From positions 1 through 64,000 of the IMG/VR virus record IMGVR_UViG_3300013116_000108: a stretch of 64,000 nt of DNA; one strand, 5' to 3'. Numbering within the stretch: position 1 is the stretch's first letter; each line of letters opens with the position of its first letter. Both the position numbers and the translations under genes were made by a program. The notes under the pieces are model-generated. The model ran no database searches. It worked only from the letters and a program-made list of their open reading frames with translations, and was not told the DNA's origin. Below are positions 48,318 through 57,443 of this stretch, in pieces.

Positions 48318-49311
48318 GTTTCTTCCTTGCTAATTGTATTTTTAATTTGTTACGTTGTGTTGCTTCTAAAATACTACTTAACGTAAATAATTTACCATAT
48401 TTCAAAACAGCATCACTAACATCTTTCACATCATCATGCCAGTTTGGAAAACTTACTCCCCAACCATATTCTAGAGCACTATCAATTAACTGCTCTCCTG
48501 CTTTATCTCTATCTGGCACTACTATTACTTCTTTACCAATGCTATCAATAATATCTGCTTGTTGCTCGTTAATGTTACTTCCTAACACACCAACACCATC
48601 AATTGCTATAGCATCAAATACTCCTTCAACTACTATTATACACTCTCTACTACCAGTTTGTCTATCAGAATTAAAAACATATCCAGCAGGCCTATGAGCC
48701 ATATATTTTTGCTTTATATTATCAACTACTGCCCTTGCGGCATATCCAACAATTTTATCCTTCCACATAAACGGTATAATAACTCTATGCTTCATTAATG
48801 TCGAATTTGACCAATACGTTGGCCATTTGTAATTTGGATCTCTATCTAACAAATATTGGCAACATTCAGTAAACGGCTCAATGTCGTTTTCTGATAACTT
48901 GTCACCCCAATCGTTAATTTCCAAACTACCTTCTGGTAATTCATATTCATCAAAATTAACTTCAACTTCGTGTTGTACTTCTTCAAGTACACCAACTTCA
49001 TCTTTAACCCTTACTGCTTCAATTACTAAACGTTGTATTTCACCGTCATTAGCACCAAGCCAAGTAAGTAACTTCCTCATCTTGTATCCAAGATGTCCTC
49101 CAGGTTTCCAACCAGTTTTAAAATTACAATTAAAACAGTGGTAAGAGATGGCACCGTCACCTTGGGCAATAATGCCACCTCTACCACGAGTATCTTGGCT
49201 CTCGCCATTATGAACACAGCACGGAGCATTGAAACTTGTCCAGCCTGACGGTGTAGTCTTGCGACGAGGAGGAAGAAAGGATACTACACTATCTTGTATG
49301 CTTGTGTTCAT
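48307..49311 (-). CDS. DNA primase (T4 gp61-like)
   Basis: CC.H...CFNC zinc finger; VVEGVFDA; VPDRD Toprim. Confidence 0.88.
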   Translation of the reverse strand: MNTSIQDSVVSFLPPRRKTTPSGWTSFNAPCCVHNGESQDTRGRGGIIAQGDGAISYHCFNCNFKTGWKPGGHLGYKMRKLLTWLGANDGEIQRLVIEAVRVKDEVGVLEEVQHEVEVNFDEYELPEGSLEINDWGDKLSENDIEPFTECCQYLLDRDPNYKWPTYWSNSTLMKHRVIIPFMWKDKIVGYAARAVVDNIKQKYMAHRPAGYVFNSDRQTGSRECIIVVEGVFDAIAIDGVGVLGSNINEQQADIIDSIGKEVIVVPDRDKAGEQLIDSALEYGWGVSFPNWHDDVKDVSDAVLKYGKLFTLSSILEATQRNKLKIQLARKKLGN

Positions 49312-49318
49312 AGTTATT

Positions 49319-49348
49319 ATTATACTAGAAGTAGTACTTTAAAGTCAA
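49319..49348 (-). promoter_or_regulatory. Sigma70-type promoter for primase-helicase
   Basis: TTGACT-N18-TATAAT. Confidence 0.7.
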
Positions 49349-49352
49349 CCTT

Positions 49353-50015
49353 TTATTTCGATTGCTTTAAATATATATAGATTTTTTTCAGTAGTCTCTT
49401 AATTACTGGATTGGAGGCATCGTAGTTAAAAAGAGAAAAGTATGCTAATAAGTCTGGACTCAAAAAATGTCCTATCTCTGTTTTAAATTGTGCTGTCTTT
49501 TTAGCCATTCTCAATAGTTGGAATGCTCCATCTTTTCCAACGTGTCTTGTTAATTCATCTGCTATGTTCATAGCATAGGCTTCAATTTCATCCGGGCGAC
49601 TCATGTATTCGTAATTGTTATCACGTTGGTCGTAACCTTCTCTACCTGGATGGAAATCTCTCATTCTGTGTTGACTTAAATGTAGTAGTTCGTGCTTCAT
49701 TACATCTTGTAACTTATAAAGAAAAAACTTTCTACCTTGCTTTGTCCATTCAAGTTCGTCATCATCTTTATTACTAAACATTAAGTCTATATGTATTGGC
49801 AATCTACCTTCCTCATCAGCATCTGGATCATAATGAGCACCTATGTTCATTGAACCTGAGTCTATTTTAGGTGTAGTATGTACATCGACAGTTGTCATTG
49901 GAAAATGTTTAGCAACAAGTTTGGCTATTTCACTATGGGTTTGTGTTCCTCGGATTTCTTTTGCTAATCCAATTAACTCTACTTGACTGGGTTTTGTTAT
50001 TTCAAACAATCTCAT
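49353..50015 (-). CDS. Putative zinc metallopeptidase (HExxH), probably late/virion
   Basis: KHELLH, Y...PDEIEAYA; ATAAATA at 50021-50027. Confidence 0.6.
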   Translation of the reverse strand: MRLFEITKPSQVELIGLAKEIRGTQTHSEIAKLVAKHFPMTTVDVHTTPKIDSGSMNIGAHYDPDADEEGRLPIHIDLMFSNKDDDELEWTKQGRKFFLYKLQDVMKHELLHLSQHRMRDFHPGREGYDQRDNNYEYMSRPDEIEAYAMNIADELTRHVGKDGAFQLLRMAKKTAQFKTEIGHFLSPDLLAYFSLFNYDASNPVIKRLLKKIYIYLKQSK

Positions 50016-50023
50016 AGTAATAT

Positions 50024-50665
50024 TTATTTCATGAATGTGTGGTTTCCTAAAGTACCAATAAATGTTTTAGTATCAGCCCAATTAGGATATACTAAATTGT
50101 GAGCATAATAATATACTGCTCCGTTTGTATTATCTTTTATTGACATTGTGCCAACTTCAAGAATATATATTGCTACTTCAACTGCTTCTCGCCATGCCCT
50201 AGCATTGCCTTCAATTGTTTGTCCAGTTTTTTCGTAGTTTGCCCAGATAACATCTGCTTGTCCATCACAATACCAACTAAATTGACATCTGTGTTTTCTA
50301 GGATAATAAACTCTTTCTGAATCTGGTAAATCGGCGTGTTGTTTAGTCTTCCACGATTCTCTTACAGGACCTTGTGTAACAACATCACAATAAGTTGACG
50401 GCCATCTTTTATCTAAAACTCTGTTTCTAGTAACATTACCTACTGCCGCCTTACCTGAAAAACTTTCTGCTCTTGCTTCAAAGTAAATATTTTCTGCTAG
50501 ACATTGTACTTCTGGGTGATGCTTATTTTGAACTCCTTCTGATGCTAGTATTTGCCAAAGGATATGTTCTGCTTGAGATGTTAAACTTGCTCCTGTAGTT
50601 GCCATTGCTGGCATAACACTAAAAGTTGTTAGCATTACTACTAACCCCGCCATTAGTTTCTTCAT
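50024..50665 (-). CDS. SleB-like cell wall hydrolase (Hydrolase_2)
   Basis: Signal peptide; CLAENIYFEARAE, CQFSWYCDG, YYYAH, GNHTF. Confidence 0.9.
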   Translation of the reverse strand: MKKLMAGLVVMLTTFSVMPAMATTGASLTSQAEHILWQILASEGVQNKHHPEVQCLAENIYFEARAESFSGKAAVGNVTRNRVLDKRWPSTYCDVVTQGPVRESWKTKQHADLPDSERVYYPRKHRCQFSWYCDGQADVIWANYEKTGQTIEGNARAWREAVEVAIYILEVGTMSIKDNTNGAVYYYAHNLVYPNWADTKTFIGTLGNHTFMK

Positions 50666-50699
50666 AATATGCTTCTTTCTTTATTGTTAATATAGTAAT

Positions 50700-50728
50700 A
50701 TTATAGCATATTTTGGCCAAACTGTCAA
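50700..50728 (-). promoter_or_regulatory. Sigma70-type promoter
   Basis: Perfect TTGACA-N17-TATAAT. Confidence 0.85.
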
Positions 50729-50778
50729 CCAATATTAGGGGCAGGTTTGTTGTAATAATGCAACAAATCTGTTAATTT

Positions 50779-51207
50779 TTATAGTTTTACTACACCTTCA
50801 CGAATTAATTTATCTCTATTAACAAGGTGCTTTGCTTGTATTTCTTCTTTAGATCCACCGAAGTATGCTACAGCATGACCTTCTTCAACAAGGATGTCAG
50901 TAACCATTTTACCGTTTTCAGTAACAAAGTCTCCTAAGACTCTACCAAACTTACCTTTCATGTCCTCGCCTTTTTTATTAATTTGAGTTTTTAGAACTGT
51001 AGTTTTACCTAACAATTCTTTAAGTCTGGTCTTTGATGCTAGTCCAAATTTCTTTTCTACTTTGTCTCTAGTTCTTGACTCCGGTGTGTCAATGCCCATT
51101 ATTCTAACTCTTTCATTGTTCAGCGAAATGCCAAACCCTAAATCAATGTCCACATCAACGGTGTCACCATCTACAACTTTTATAACTTTTGCTCTATATT
51201 CGTACAT
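50779..51207 (-). CDS. Thermonuclease (SNase-like)
   Basis: KVVDGDTVD, RIMGIDTPE, GKFGRVLG. Confidence 0.9.
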   Translation of the reverse strand: MYEYRAKVIKVVDGDTVDVDIDLGFGISLNNERVRIMGIDTPESRTRDKVEKKFGLASKTRLKELLGKTTVLKTQINKKGEDMKGKFGRVLGDFVTENGKMVTDILVEEGHAVAYFGGSKEEIQAKHLVNRDKLIREGVVKL

Positions 51208-51210
51208 TAT

Positions 51211-52251
51211 CTATTCTCTCCATAGTTCGCCGAAATCGAGATCGTCTTTTCTATTAAAGAGATCTTCAATGTTGCTTTGTCTTTCTATATCAAAAGTAAC
51301 ACAATGACTACCACCGTCCCAAAAATATTTGTGTCGCAAAGGACAATGTATTACTTCAATTCCATTTGTATTTAACAATCTTGTAACACTATCGTTTACA
51401 TGACTAGTAATAACAGTCTCAGGATTAATATGTAACATGTTAACTTCAAATGTAGTTTCTTGACTATAACCAATCCAATGTGTTAGATACTGCTTAATAA
51501 AATCTACTGCTTCTTGCTGTGGCTCGTTAACTAACTTAAAACTAAAATCTTCCCATAATCTATGATAACGTTCTAAATCGTTTGGCATATAATGAGGGAG
51601 TTTATGTATTTCCCAACCTTTGAACGTATCAGAATATTGATCTACTTCATAACGTGTTAGTAATAATCCAGGCTTTATAGGACATACACTACTATCACTA
51701 TGTCCCCCAATACTTGCTGTATGTATGTTTACATCTAGATGGACCAACTCTCTATATTTCTTTATCCATTCAACAAATGGCAAGTTTAATTTATTTTCTG
51801 TATCTATTAATAAATCTTTACCTAACCTAAAAACATCACTAGCACAAAAGTAATCAAAAAGTATAACATCATCTTTATATGATGCTAGTGCTTCTTTGCC
51901 ATAATTTTCCCAGGCCCAATTAGCACCAACAAATATTTTATCATGCCAACGTAATAAATGATTTCTTACAGCAAACGGTTGTCCTGGTAATTGTTTACGT
52001 TCTGCTATTGTTTGTTCAGCAAGAGTAAACCCTTCGTTATCCATGTATGTTTTAACGTCTGGTCGTACCACCTTAACACCTTGCGATTTTAATACCGAAC
52101 ACATGTTGTTTAAATCTTCTTGTGTTTCTTCTGTAATTTGTACTAGACAATTTTTTATTTGGGCAGGCAGTCCCTCGTAAACACTTGTAGGTAAAACGTC
52201 ACCCACTAATACTTTAGATAACTCTCCCCAATTATGAAAACAATTTTCCAT
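51211..52251 (-). CDS. Amidinotransferase copy 2
   Basis: WGELSKVLVG, AVRNH, GGHSD, FEVN, GGSHCVTFD. Confidence 0.8.
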   Translation of the reverse strand: MENCFHNWGELSKVLVGDVLPTSVYEGLPAQIKNCLVQITEETQEDLNNMCSVLKSQGVKVVRPDVKTYMDNEGFTLAEQTIAERKQLPGQPFAVRNHLLRWHDKIFVGANWAWENYGKEALASYKDDVILFDYFCASDVFRLGKDLLIDTENKLNLPFVEWIKKYRELVHLDVNIHTASIGGHSDSSVCPIKPGLLLTRYEVDQYSDTFKGWEIHKLPHYMPNDLERYHRLWEDFSFKLVNEPQQEAVDFIKQYLTHWIGYSQETTFEVNMLHINPETVITSHVNDSVTRLLNTNGIEVIHCPLRHKYFWDGGSHCVTFDIERQSNIEDLFNRKDDLDFGELWRE

Positions 52252-53000
52252 TATTCTAAACCCTTTATCAATTTTTTGTTTTCTACATTATACCATCGAA
52301 TTGAATTTACAATATCCTCATCCGGAATAACTGGTTCTAGTTTATAATAATCATCCACTTCTTTAAAACAACTAATATCACCATCAATTAAATCATCATA
52401 GTTGAAAATTATGTCGGCATATTTTACTTCTAAATCCATAATATTTCTAATTTTTAATCTTTCTATATGGGGTATTGGTAATAATTCCTTAGCACCTAAT
52501 TCTAAAGGTGAAGGCCCTTCTTCATGCCAAATTTCTTTTTCTCTGATATCCATATTTTTATCGTCACGTAAATCAAAGTGATCTTTCATTAATGATTTTA
52601 CATCTCTTAACTGACGACAAAACAATGCTGTCTTTATATTCTTTGTTGTGAGAAAAATATTAGGACATTCAATTCCTTTTACTTTTTTCATTGACTCATT
52701 TAAATTTGGAAAAATTTGATGGTCAAGTATAAAAGAATTTGTGTTTGGAACTTCAAACGTTTCTAGATATTTTTCTAATACTGTTGAGTCATAATGTTTA
52801 GTTTCTATCCATTCTTCACCATACTCTAAATCTATCTGTAACCTAGGCATTTCTGGTAGGCGCCAATATGTTTCAGGGAAGTGATATTCATTCCAGTAAC
52901 TATTAGATTTGGGCTTGTTTACAAATCCCCATCTCCAAAATAAAAGTCTTTGAAAAAAATGACCACCCATACCAGGTTGAAAAGAAAAGTATGCTATCAT
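52251..53000 (-). CDS. Hypothetical protein, P-loop/sulfotransferase-like N-terminus
   Basis: YFSFQPGMGGHFFQRLL. Confidence 0.45.
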   Translation of the reverse strand: MIAYFSFQPGMGGHFFQRLLFWRWGFVNKPKSNSYWNEYHFPETYWRLPEMPRLQIDLEYGEEWIETKHYDSTVLEKYLETFEVPNTNSFILDHQIFPNLNESMKKVKGIECPNIFLTTKNIKTALFCRQLRDVKSLMKDHFDLRDDKNMDIREKEIWHEEGPSPLELGAKELLPIPHIERLKIRNIMDLEVKYADIIFNYDDLIDGDISCFKEVDDYYKLEPVIPDEDIVNSIRWYNVENKKLIKGLE

Positions 53001-53016
53001 ACTAGTAATTATTCAT

Positions 53017-53054
53017 AAAAAAAAGCAGACACCATCTTAATGATATCTGCTTTT
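53017..53054 (-). terminator. Probable intrinsic terminator after porin
   Basis: AAAAGCAGA...TCTGCTTTT inverted repeat with T-run. Confidence 0.65.
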
Positions 53055-53074
53055 AAGATAAAACTACAAATAGT

Positions 53075-53983
53075 TTAGAATGAGTATTTAATTCCTAATG
53101 CCATTTGTGTAGTATCAGTACCAGAGTCAACATCAGTTAACTGGTACTCAGCGTATGTTGACAAAGATTCAGATAAGTCACGGCTAACTCCCGCTGTGTA
53201 GTAGTTGCCTGTACCTTCTTTATCTTGTAAACTAACAGCAATCGTGTTTCCAGCGATTGAAGTAGATGCTGAGTATTCAAGACCTGTTAAGTCTGTAGTT
53301 GCTGTATCTTTGTACGAGTATGTACCTGCTAGTGTAATACCAGCAACGTCAATACTTGCAGAAGCAATGTTGTACTTAACAACATTTACTTTGTCATCAA
53401 CCATAGCACCAGAAAGTGCTACTGGACCTACGTCCATTGAAGCAGATACATCAATAACATCAAGACCATCCTTACCTGTAGAACCATCAATTACTGCCAT
53501 AGCATTAATTGTAACTGGGCCTACTGAGTTAGAATATTTTACAGAGTTTGAACTACGGTCAGCATATTTAAATGTGGCGTTTCCACCATAGACGTTAAAT
53601 ATGTTAGTTTTACTAACTCCAGCACCTGGATTTGCTTGTCTACCAGCCGCTACTGAACCTAAAGTACCTGCATCTACACCAACGTATGCTAGTCTAGAGT
53701 CAAATGTATCAGATCCTGAATCATCGGCGTCAACGCCAACCTCTACTTTACCGAATCCAGTAAGACCGCCTTTTTCGTTGCCCTCAGCATCAACTAATGT
53801 TTCGCTAAATTCAACACCGATCTTAGATCCGTTGTTTTGTGCCTTTAAGTGTGCCTTTCCTGTAGAATCATCATCGTTAGAAACCATGTAATTTACAGAA
53901 CCATAAACGTTAACATCAGCAAGTACCGGAGCACTTAAAAATGATAAGCCTAAAGCAACTGTGGCAATTAGTATATTTTTCAT
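53075..53983 (-). CDS. Gram-negative trimeric porin
   Basis: Signal peptide; VNVYGSVN, SKIG, SRLAYVG, GRQ, SVKY; ends LGIKYSF. Confidence 0.9.
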   Translation of the reverse strand: MKNILIATVALGLSFLSAPVLADVNVYGSVNYMVSNDDDSTGKAHLKAQNNGSKIGVEFSETLVDAEGNEKGGLTGFGKVEVGVDADDSGSDTFDSRLAYVGVDAGTLGSVAAGRQANPGAGVSKTNIFNVYGGNATFKYADRSSNSVKYSNSVGPVTINAMAVIDGSTGKDGLDVIDVSASMDVGPVALSGAMVDDKVNVVKYNIASASIDVAGITLAGTYSYKDTATTDLTGLEYSASTSIAGNTIAVSLQDKEGTGNYYTAGVSRDLSESLSTYAEYQLTDVDSGTDTTQMALGIKYSF

Positions 53984-54037
53984 ATTTTTTTCCTTTACAT
54001 ATATGTAAAGACCCTCGCCACTAGAGGCGAGAGCCCT

Positions 54038-54341
54038 CTTCTAGAAGATTTCTGTTGATAGGCATCTTCCAAACCCCGAGCAACTATGCCGCTAAGGCAA
54101 AGTCCTCATGAAACACATTATCGTTTGCGTTTATACGTTTTGTTCGCGTTAACCGAGCTTACATCCGGGCAACTCCACTCTCCTAATAACTACCTGTCGA
54201 TCCTTTTTCAACCCCATCATAAACACATTCATATAATCACACCAAAATCTGTGTTGTTACTTTTGGAATGTGTTTATGGTGGAGTTGCTGGGTACCGCCC
54301 CCAGGTCCAGATTAGCGTTTGAATAACTTCATCGTTACGAC
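54038..54341 (-). ncRNA. ssrA: Circularly permuted two-piece tmRNA; acceptor piece ends CCA at 54277, coding piece starts at 54215; tag ANDNVFHEDFALAA (54128-54084)
   Basis: ...GGCGGTACCCAGCAACTCCACCA precedes GGGGTTGAAAAAGGATCGAC; acceptor GGGGTTG/CAACTCC with G3:U70; 13-bp inverted repeat bounding the intervening segment; outer ends approximate. Confidence 0.93.
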
Positions 54342-54345
54342 ATTA

Positions 54346-54374
54346 TTTATAACATAAAGTAGAAAAAATGTCAA
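54346..54374 (-). promoter_or_regulatory. Composite sigma70 and late promoter for tmRNA
   Basis: TTGACA-N17-TATAAA whose -10 extends to TATAAATA. Confidence 0.8.
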
Positions 54375-54410
54375 GAAAGTGATTTGAAAAAACGAAGGAA
54401 AACATAGGTT

Positions 54411-55652
54411 TTATATGTCGTAATCGGTTTGCTCACCAACTCTGTGTATATCTAATGTGTTACAATGCCAGCCTCCGTCCCAAAAGAAACGATGCCTTAA
54501 TGGAACAAAAATTGGTGTGATGCCTCGTTGTTCTAATTGATCTTTTAAATTTTTATCGTTACTATTAATGACAACGTGCTTTTCGTCTAATACTAAAACG
54601 TTAACATCAAAAATAGTTTCGTCAACTTGTCCGTGCCAATTGTCTAACCATTTGTTAATAAAGTTTTCTAGTTGTGGATTCTCTTCGACTTCCGGTGTCC
54701 AGTAACAACCTTGATTATTATGTCTTAAATTAATTGCTGATTTAACTTCCTTGCCCCAACTTGGTTGATCAAACCAAATAATATCCCAACCTTTAAAAAT
54801 GTCAGCATAAGGTTTGAACCAAGGAGTAGCAATTACTAATCCAGGACGAACTACACTAAACACACTATCGTTATGTCCGCCTATAAAAATTTTATGAAAG
54901 TCAAAGTTTTTGTAATTAGGTTCTAAAAATTCTTCTACTACTTCTGGTGTTTGCCACACATCTACTAAAACTTTATTTCCTAGTCTTGTTAAGTTTGGAG
55001 CACACCACCCATTAAGCGGTGTAGAGTCTTGTAACTTTTCTAACTCGTCCATGTCCTCAACATCAATAGACAAGTGATGTCTCTCTGCCCAACTTTTAAC
55101 GTTTTTAATACTACGTCTAAAGTTAATATTCTTTTCATATATGCTATTATCAACCACAGCATCGCCAAACATTTCTTTATACTTTATAGCAGATAGGTTA
55201 GTACTGTATACATGAGCCTGTGTAATTAATATCTTATCTCCCATTACAAGAGCATCATCTCTTATTGCTAATGGCGGTTGTGGTATTCCTGTACTAGAAT
55301 CGCGTGATAAACGTATATTACGATGGTTTACACCAAAGTTACTTGCTTCTGGAAAGTCTTTTATAGGACTACTAACACCTATTTCACCTGTTTGCCAGTT
55401 AGTGTAGTCTAGTATACTATCTTGGTATCCTAATTCTTTTGGAGTAAGTTGTATTACATCAATGCCGTGGCTTAATAATGTTTGCTTAAAGTATTCAATA
55501 TCTTCTCTTGTTTCTCGAAGTATCTTTGCTAAGCCGTTTTTAATAGTTGTATTTTTAATACCGTCTAAGAAACTATCCTCAAAGACTGACCCTACCATTA
55601 CAGTTTGTAGTGGTTGAAATTCATCCCAAGAATTGACAGTTAACTTTGTCAA
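54411..55652 (-). CDS. Amidinotransferase copy 3
   Basis: VNSWDEFQPLQTVMVG, IRDD, GGHND, FDVN, GGWHCNTLD. Confidence 0.85.
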   Translation of the reverse strand: MTKLTVNSWDEFQPLQTVMVGSVFEDSFLDGIKNTTIKNGLAKILRETREDIEYFKQTLLSHGIDVIQLTPKELGYQDSILDYTNWQTGEIGVSSPIKDFPEASNFGVNHRNIRLSRDSSTGIPQPPLAIRDDALVMGDKILITQAHVYSTNLSAIKYKEMFGDAVVDNSIYEKNINFRRSIKNVKSWAERHHLSIDVEDMDELEKLQDSTPLNGWCAPNLTRLGNKVLVDVWQTPEVVEEFLEPNYKNFDFHKIFIGGHNDSVFSVVRPGLVIATPWFKPYADIFKGWDIIWFDQPSWGKEVKSAINLRHNNQGCYWTPEVEENPQLENFINKWLDNWHGQVDETIFDVNVLVLDEKHVVINSNDKNLKDQLEQRGITPIFVPLRHRFFWDGGWHCNTLDIHRVGEQTDYDI

Positions 55653-55655
55653 AGT

Positions 55656-55988
55656 TTAGTTTGCTTTTGTTTTTAGTTTTTCAGGGTTACTAGTAGTAGC
55701 CATAACTAGACCACTAGTTGTTTGTAAATAACTATCTGTAACATTCTTGTTTGGAACACTAGCAGAAATAATTGCTGACTTGTTATAAGAAATTTCAGCA
55801 TTTTGATCTACTGTTACCATAGCAGGAACCATTACAACACCCTTAGGTCCATTAACTAGTGCTAATGGTTTTGATACTGTGTATGTAGTATCTGATTCTG
55901 CTTTTAGTTTTGCTACAATTTCTTCGCCTGTAGTAATTCTAAAACAGATAATATCGTTTTCTTTATATGAACTTGTTGTTACTAACAT
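55656..55988 (-). CDS. Sm-like-fold phage protein
   Basis: CFRITTGEEIVAKL. Confidence 0.55.
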   Translation of the reverse strand: MLVTTSSYKENDIICFRITTGEEIVAKLKAESDTTYTVSKPLALVNGPKGVVMVPAMVTVDQNAEISYNKSAIISASVPNKNVTDSYLQTTSGLVMATTSNPEKLKTKAN

Positions 55989-56251
55989 TCTTCTTCTCCT
56001 TGAATTTGTTCTACTCTTTCATTGATTTGCTCTGTTGATAATCTAACTAGTTCGTTGGCACCGCCGGCAACTAATAATTTTTTACCTACAAAAATTTGAG
56101 GTACTGATCTAAGACCTTGCTCTACTAAAAAGTTTCTGCCATCTCTATCTTCTTCTATATTGATTGTTTCGTATGCTATTCCTTTCATGTCTAAAAAGTT
56201 TTTTGCTTTGACACAATAAGGGCAAACATTCTTTGTATATACTGTTAACAT
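55982..56251 (-). CDS. Glutaredoxin
   Basis: CPYC, SVPQIF, GG. Confidence 0.93.
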   Translation of the reverse strand: MLTVYTKNVCPYCVKAKNFLDMKGIAYETINIEEDRDGRNFLVEQGLRSVPQIFVGKKLLVAGGANELVRLSTEQINERVEQIQGEEEC

Positions 56252-56260
56252 AATTTCCCT

Positions 56261-57394
56261 TTAAAGTTTGAAGCCACTGAATGTTTCTTCAGTAACATCT
56301 TGTTTTGTTCCTCCAATAATGTAAGAACTTATTTCTGTTTCTTGTGGTGCTACTTGTACGTCACTTCCTGCTATCCATTTTTCTGTCCACGGTAGAGGGT
56401 TTGCTCCTGGTACTTTAATTGGACTAGGTAAATTAACTGCTAGTAATCTTCTATGAGCAATCCAATCTACATACTGATTTAATAGTTCAGCATTTAATCC
56501 AATCATTGATCCATCTCTAAACAAATAGTTGGCCCAATCTTTTTCTTGCTGTACAGCATCCATGAACATATTAATACATTCTTGTTCTGTTTCTTTTGCG
56601 ATCTTTTTAAAGTCAGGATCGTCATTTGGCAATAACTTCAATAATGTTTGTGTACTTGCTAGGTGAACATTTTCATCTCTAGCAATAAACTTAATAATTT
56701 TAGCATTACCTTCCATTTTCTTTAGTTCAGCAAATGCCCAACTACAAGCAAATGAAACATAGAAGCGAACACCTTCAAGTATATTTACACTCATTAAGCA
56801 CTTCCAGAGTAACGTCTTGAGCTCATATATTTTGATAACTTCTTTTTTACCATTAATGGTATGTGTGCCTTCACCAAATAATTCGTAAATTTTAGACTTA
56901 TAAATCAATTCGTCGTATGCTTCAGTAATGCTGTCAGCACAATCTACAATTTCCTTAATGTCTAACATTTCATCAAAAATAAGACTAGGATTACTATAAA
57001 TGTTACGAATAATATGTGTATAACTGCGACTATGAATTGTTTCACTAAATGTCCAAGTTATAATCCAGTTTTCTAATTCAGGTAAACTGACAATAGGACC
57101 AAAGGCTTCTGCTGGTGCTCTACCTTGAACACTATCCAAAAGAATTTGACGTTTTAAGTTTGAGGTGAAAATATGTTGTTCCCATTCGCTCAACTCTTTA
57201 AAGTCTTTGGAATCTTTAATAACATCAACTTCTTCTGGTCGCCAGAAAAAACCTAATTGCTTATCTGTTAACTTGTCAAATTGTCTATATTTTAATGTAT
57301 CGTAACGTTGTATTGCTACGCCACCTGCTGGATCTAAAAATGCTAAACTCTTTGTATGATCCTTTTTACCGTCGGTTTGAAAAACTGTCTTCAC
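56261..57394 (-). CDS. nrdB: Class Ia ribonucleotide reductase beta subunit
   Basis: FFWRPEE, QILLDS, ETIHSRSY, EGVRFY, DENVH, VAPQE.E..SY. Confidence 0.97.
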   Translation of the reverse strand: MKTVFQTDGKKDHTKSLAFLDPAGGVAIQRYDTLKYRQFDKLTDKQLGFFWRPEEVDVIKDSKDFKELSEWEQHIFTSNLKRQILLDSVQGRAPAEAFGPIVSLPELENWIITWTFSETIHSRSYTHIIRNIYSNPSLIFDEMLDIKEIVDCADSITEAYDELIYKSKIYELFGEGTHTINGKKEVIKIYELKTLLWKCLMSVNILEGVRFYVSFACSWAFAELKKMEGNAKIIKFIARDENVHLASTQTLLKLLPNDDPDFKKIAKETEQECINMFMDAVQQEKDWANYLFRDGSMIGLNAELLNQYVDWIAHRRLLAVNLPSPIKVPGANPLPWTEKWIAGSDVQVAPQETEISSYIIGGTKQDVTEETFSGFKL

Positions 57395-57443
57395 TCTATT
57401 ATTTCCTTGATTGTGTTGTTTCTAGTTGTGAATGTGTACTTAG

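Noticed and set aside
54086-54322. 78-aa + strand ORF
   Set aside because: Antisense to the tmRNA; no RBS or protein-like features
23523-55652. Amidinotransferases as archaeosine (dG+) synthases linked to the Que genes
   Set aside because: They are pentein-fold enzymes, whereas preQ0-to-G+ conversion uses ArcS, QueF-like or GAT-QueC proteins; no sequence support for the link
57395-57443. NrdR box between nrdA and nrdB
   Set aside because: Only a vague resemblance; no palindromic match to the consensus
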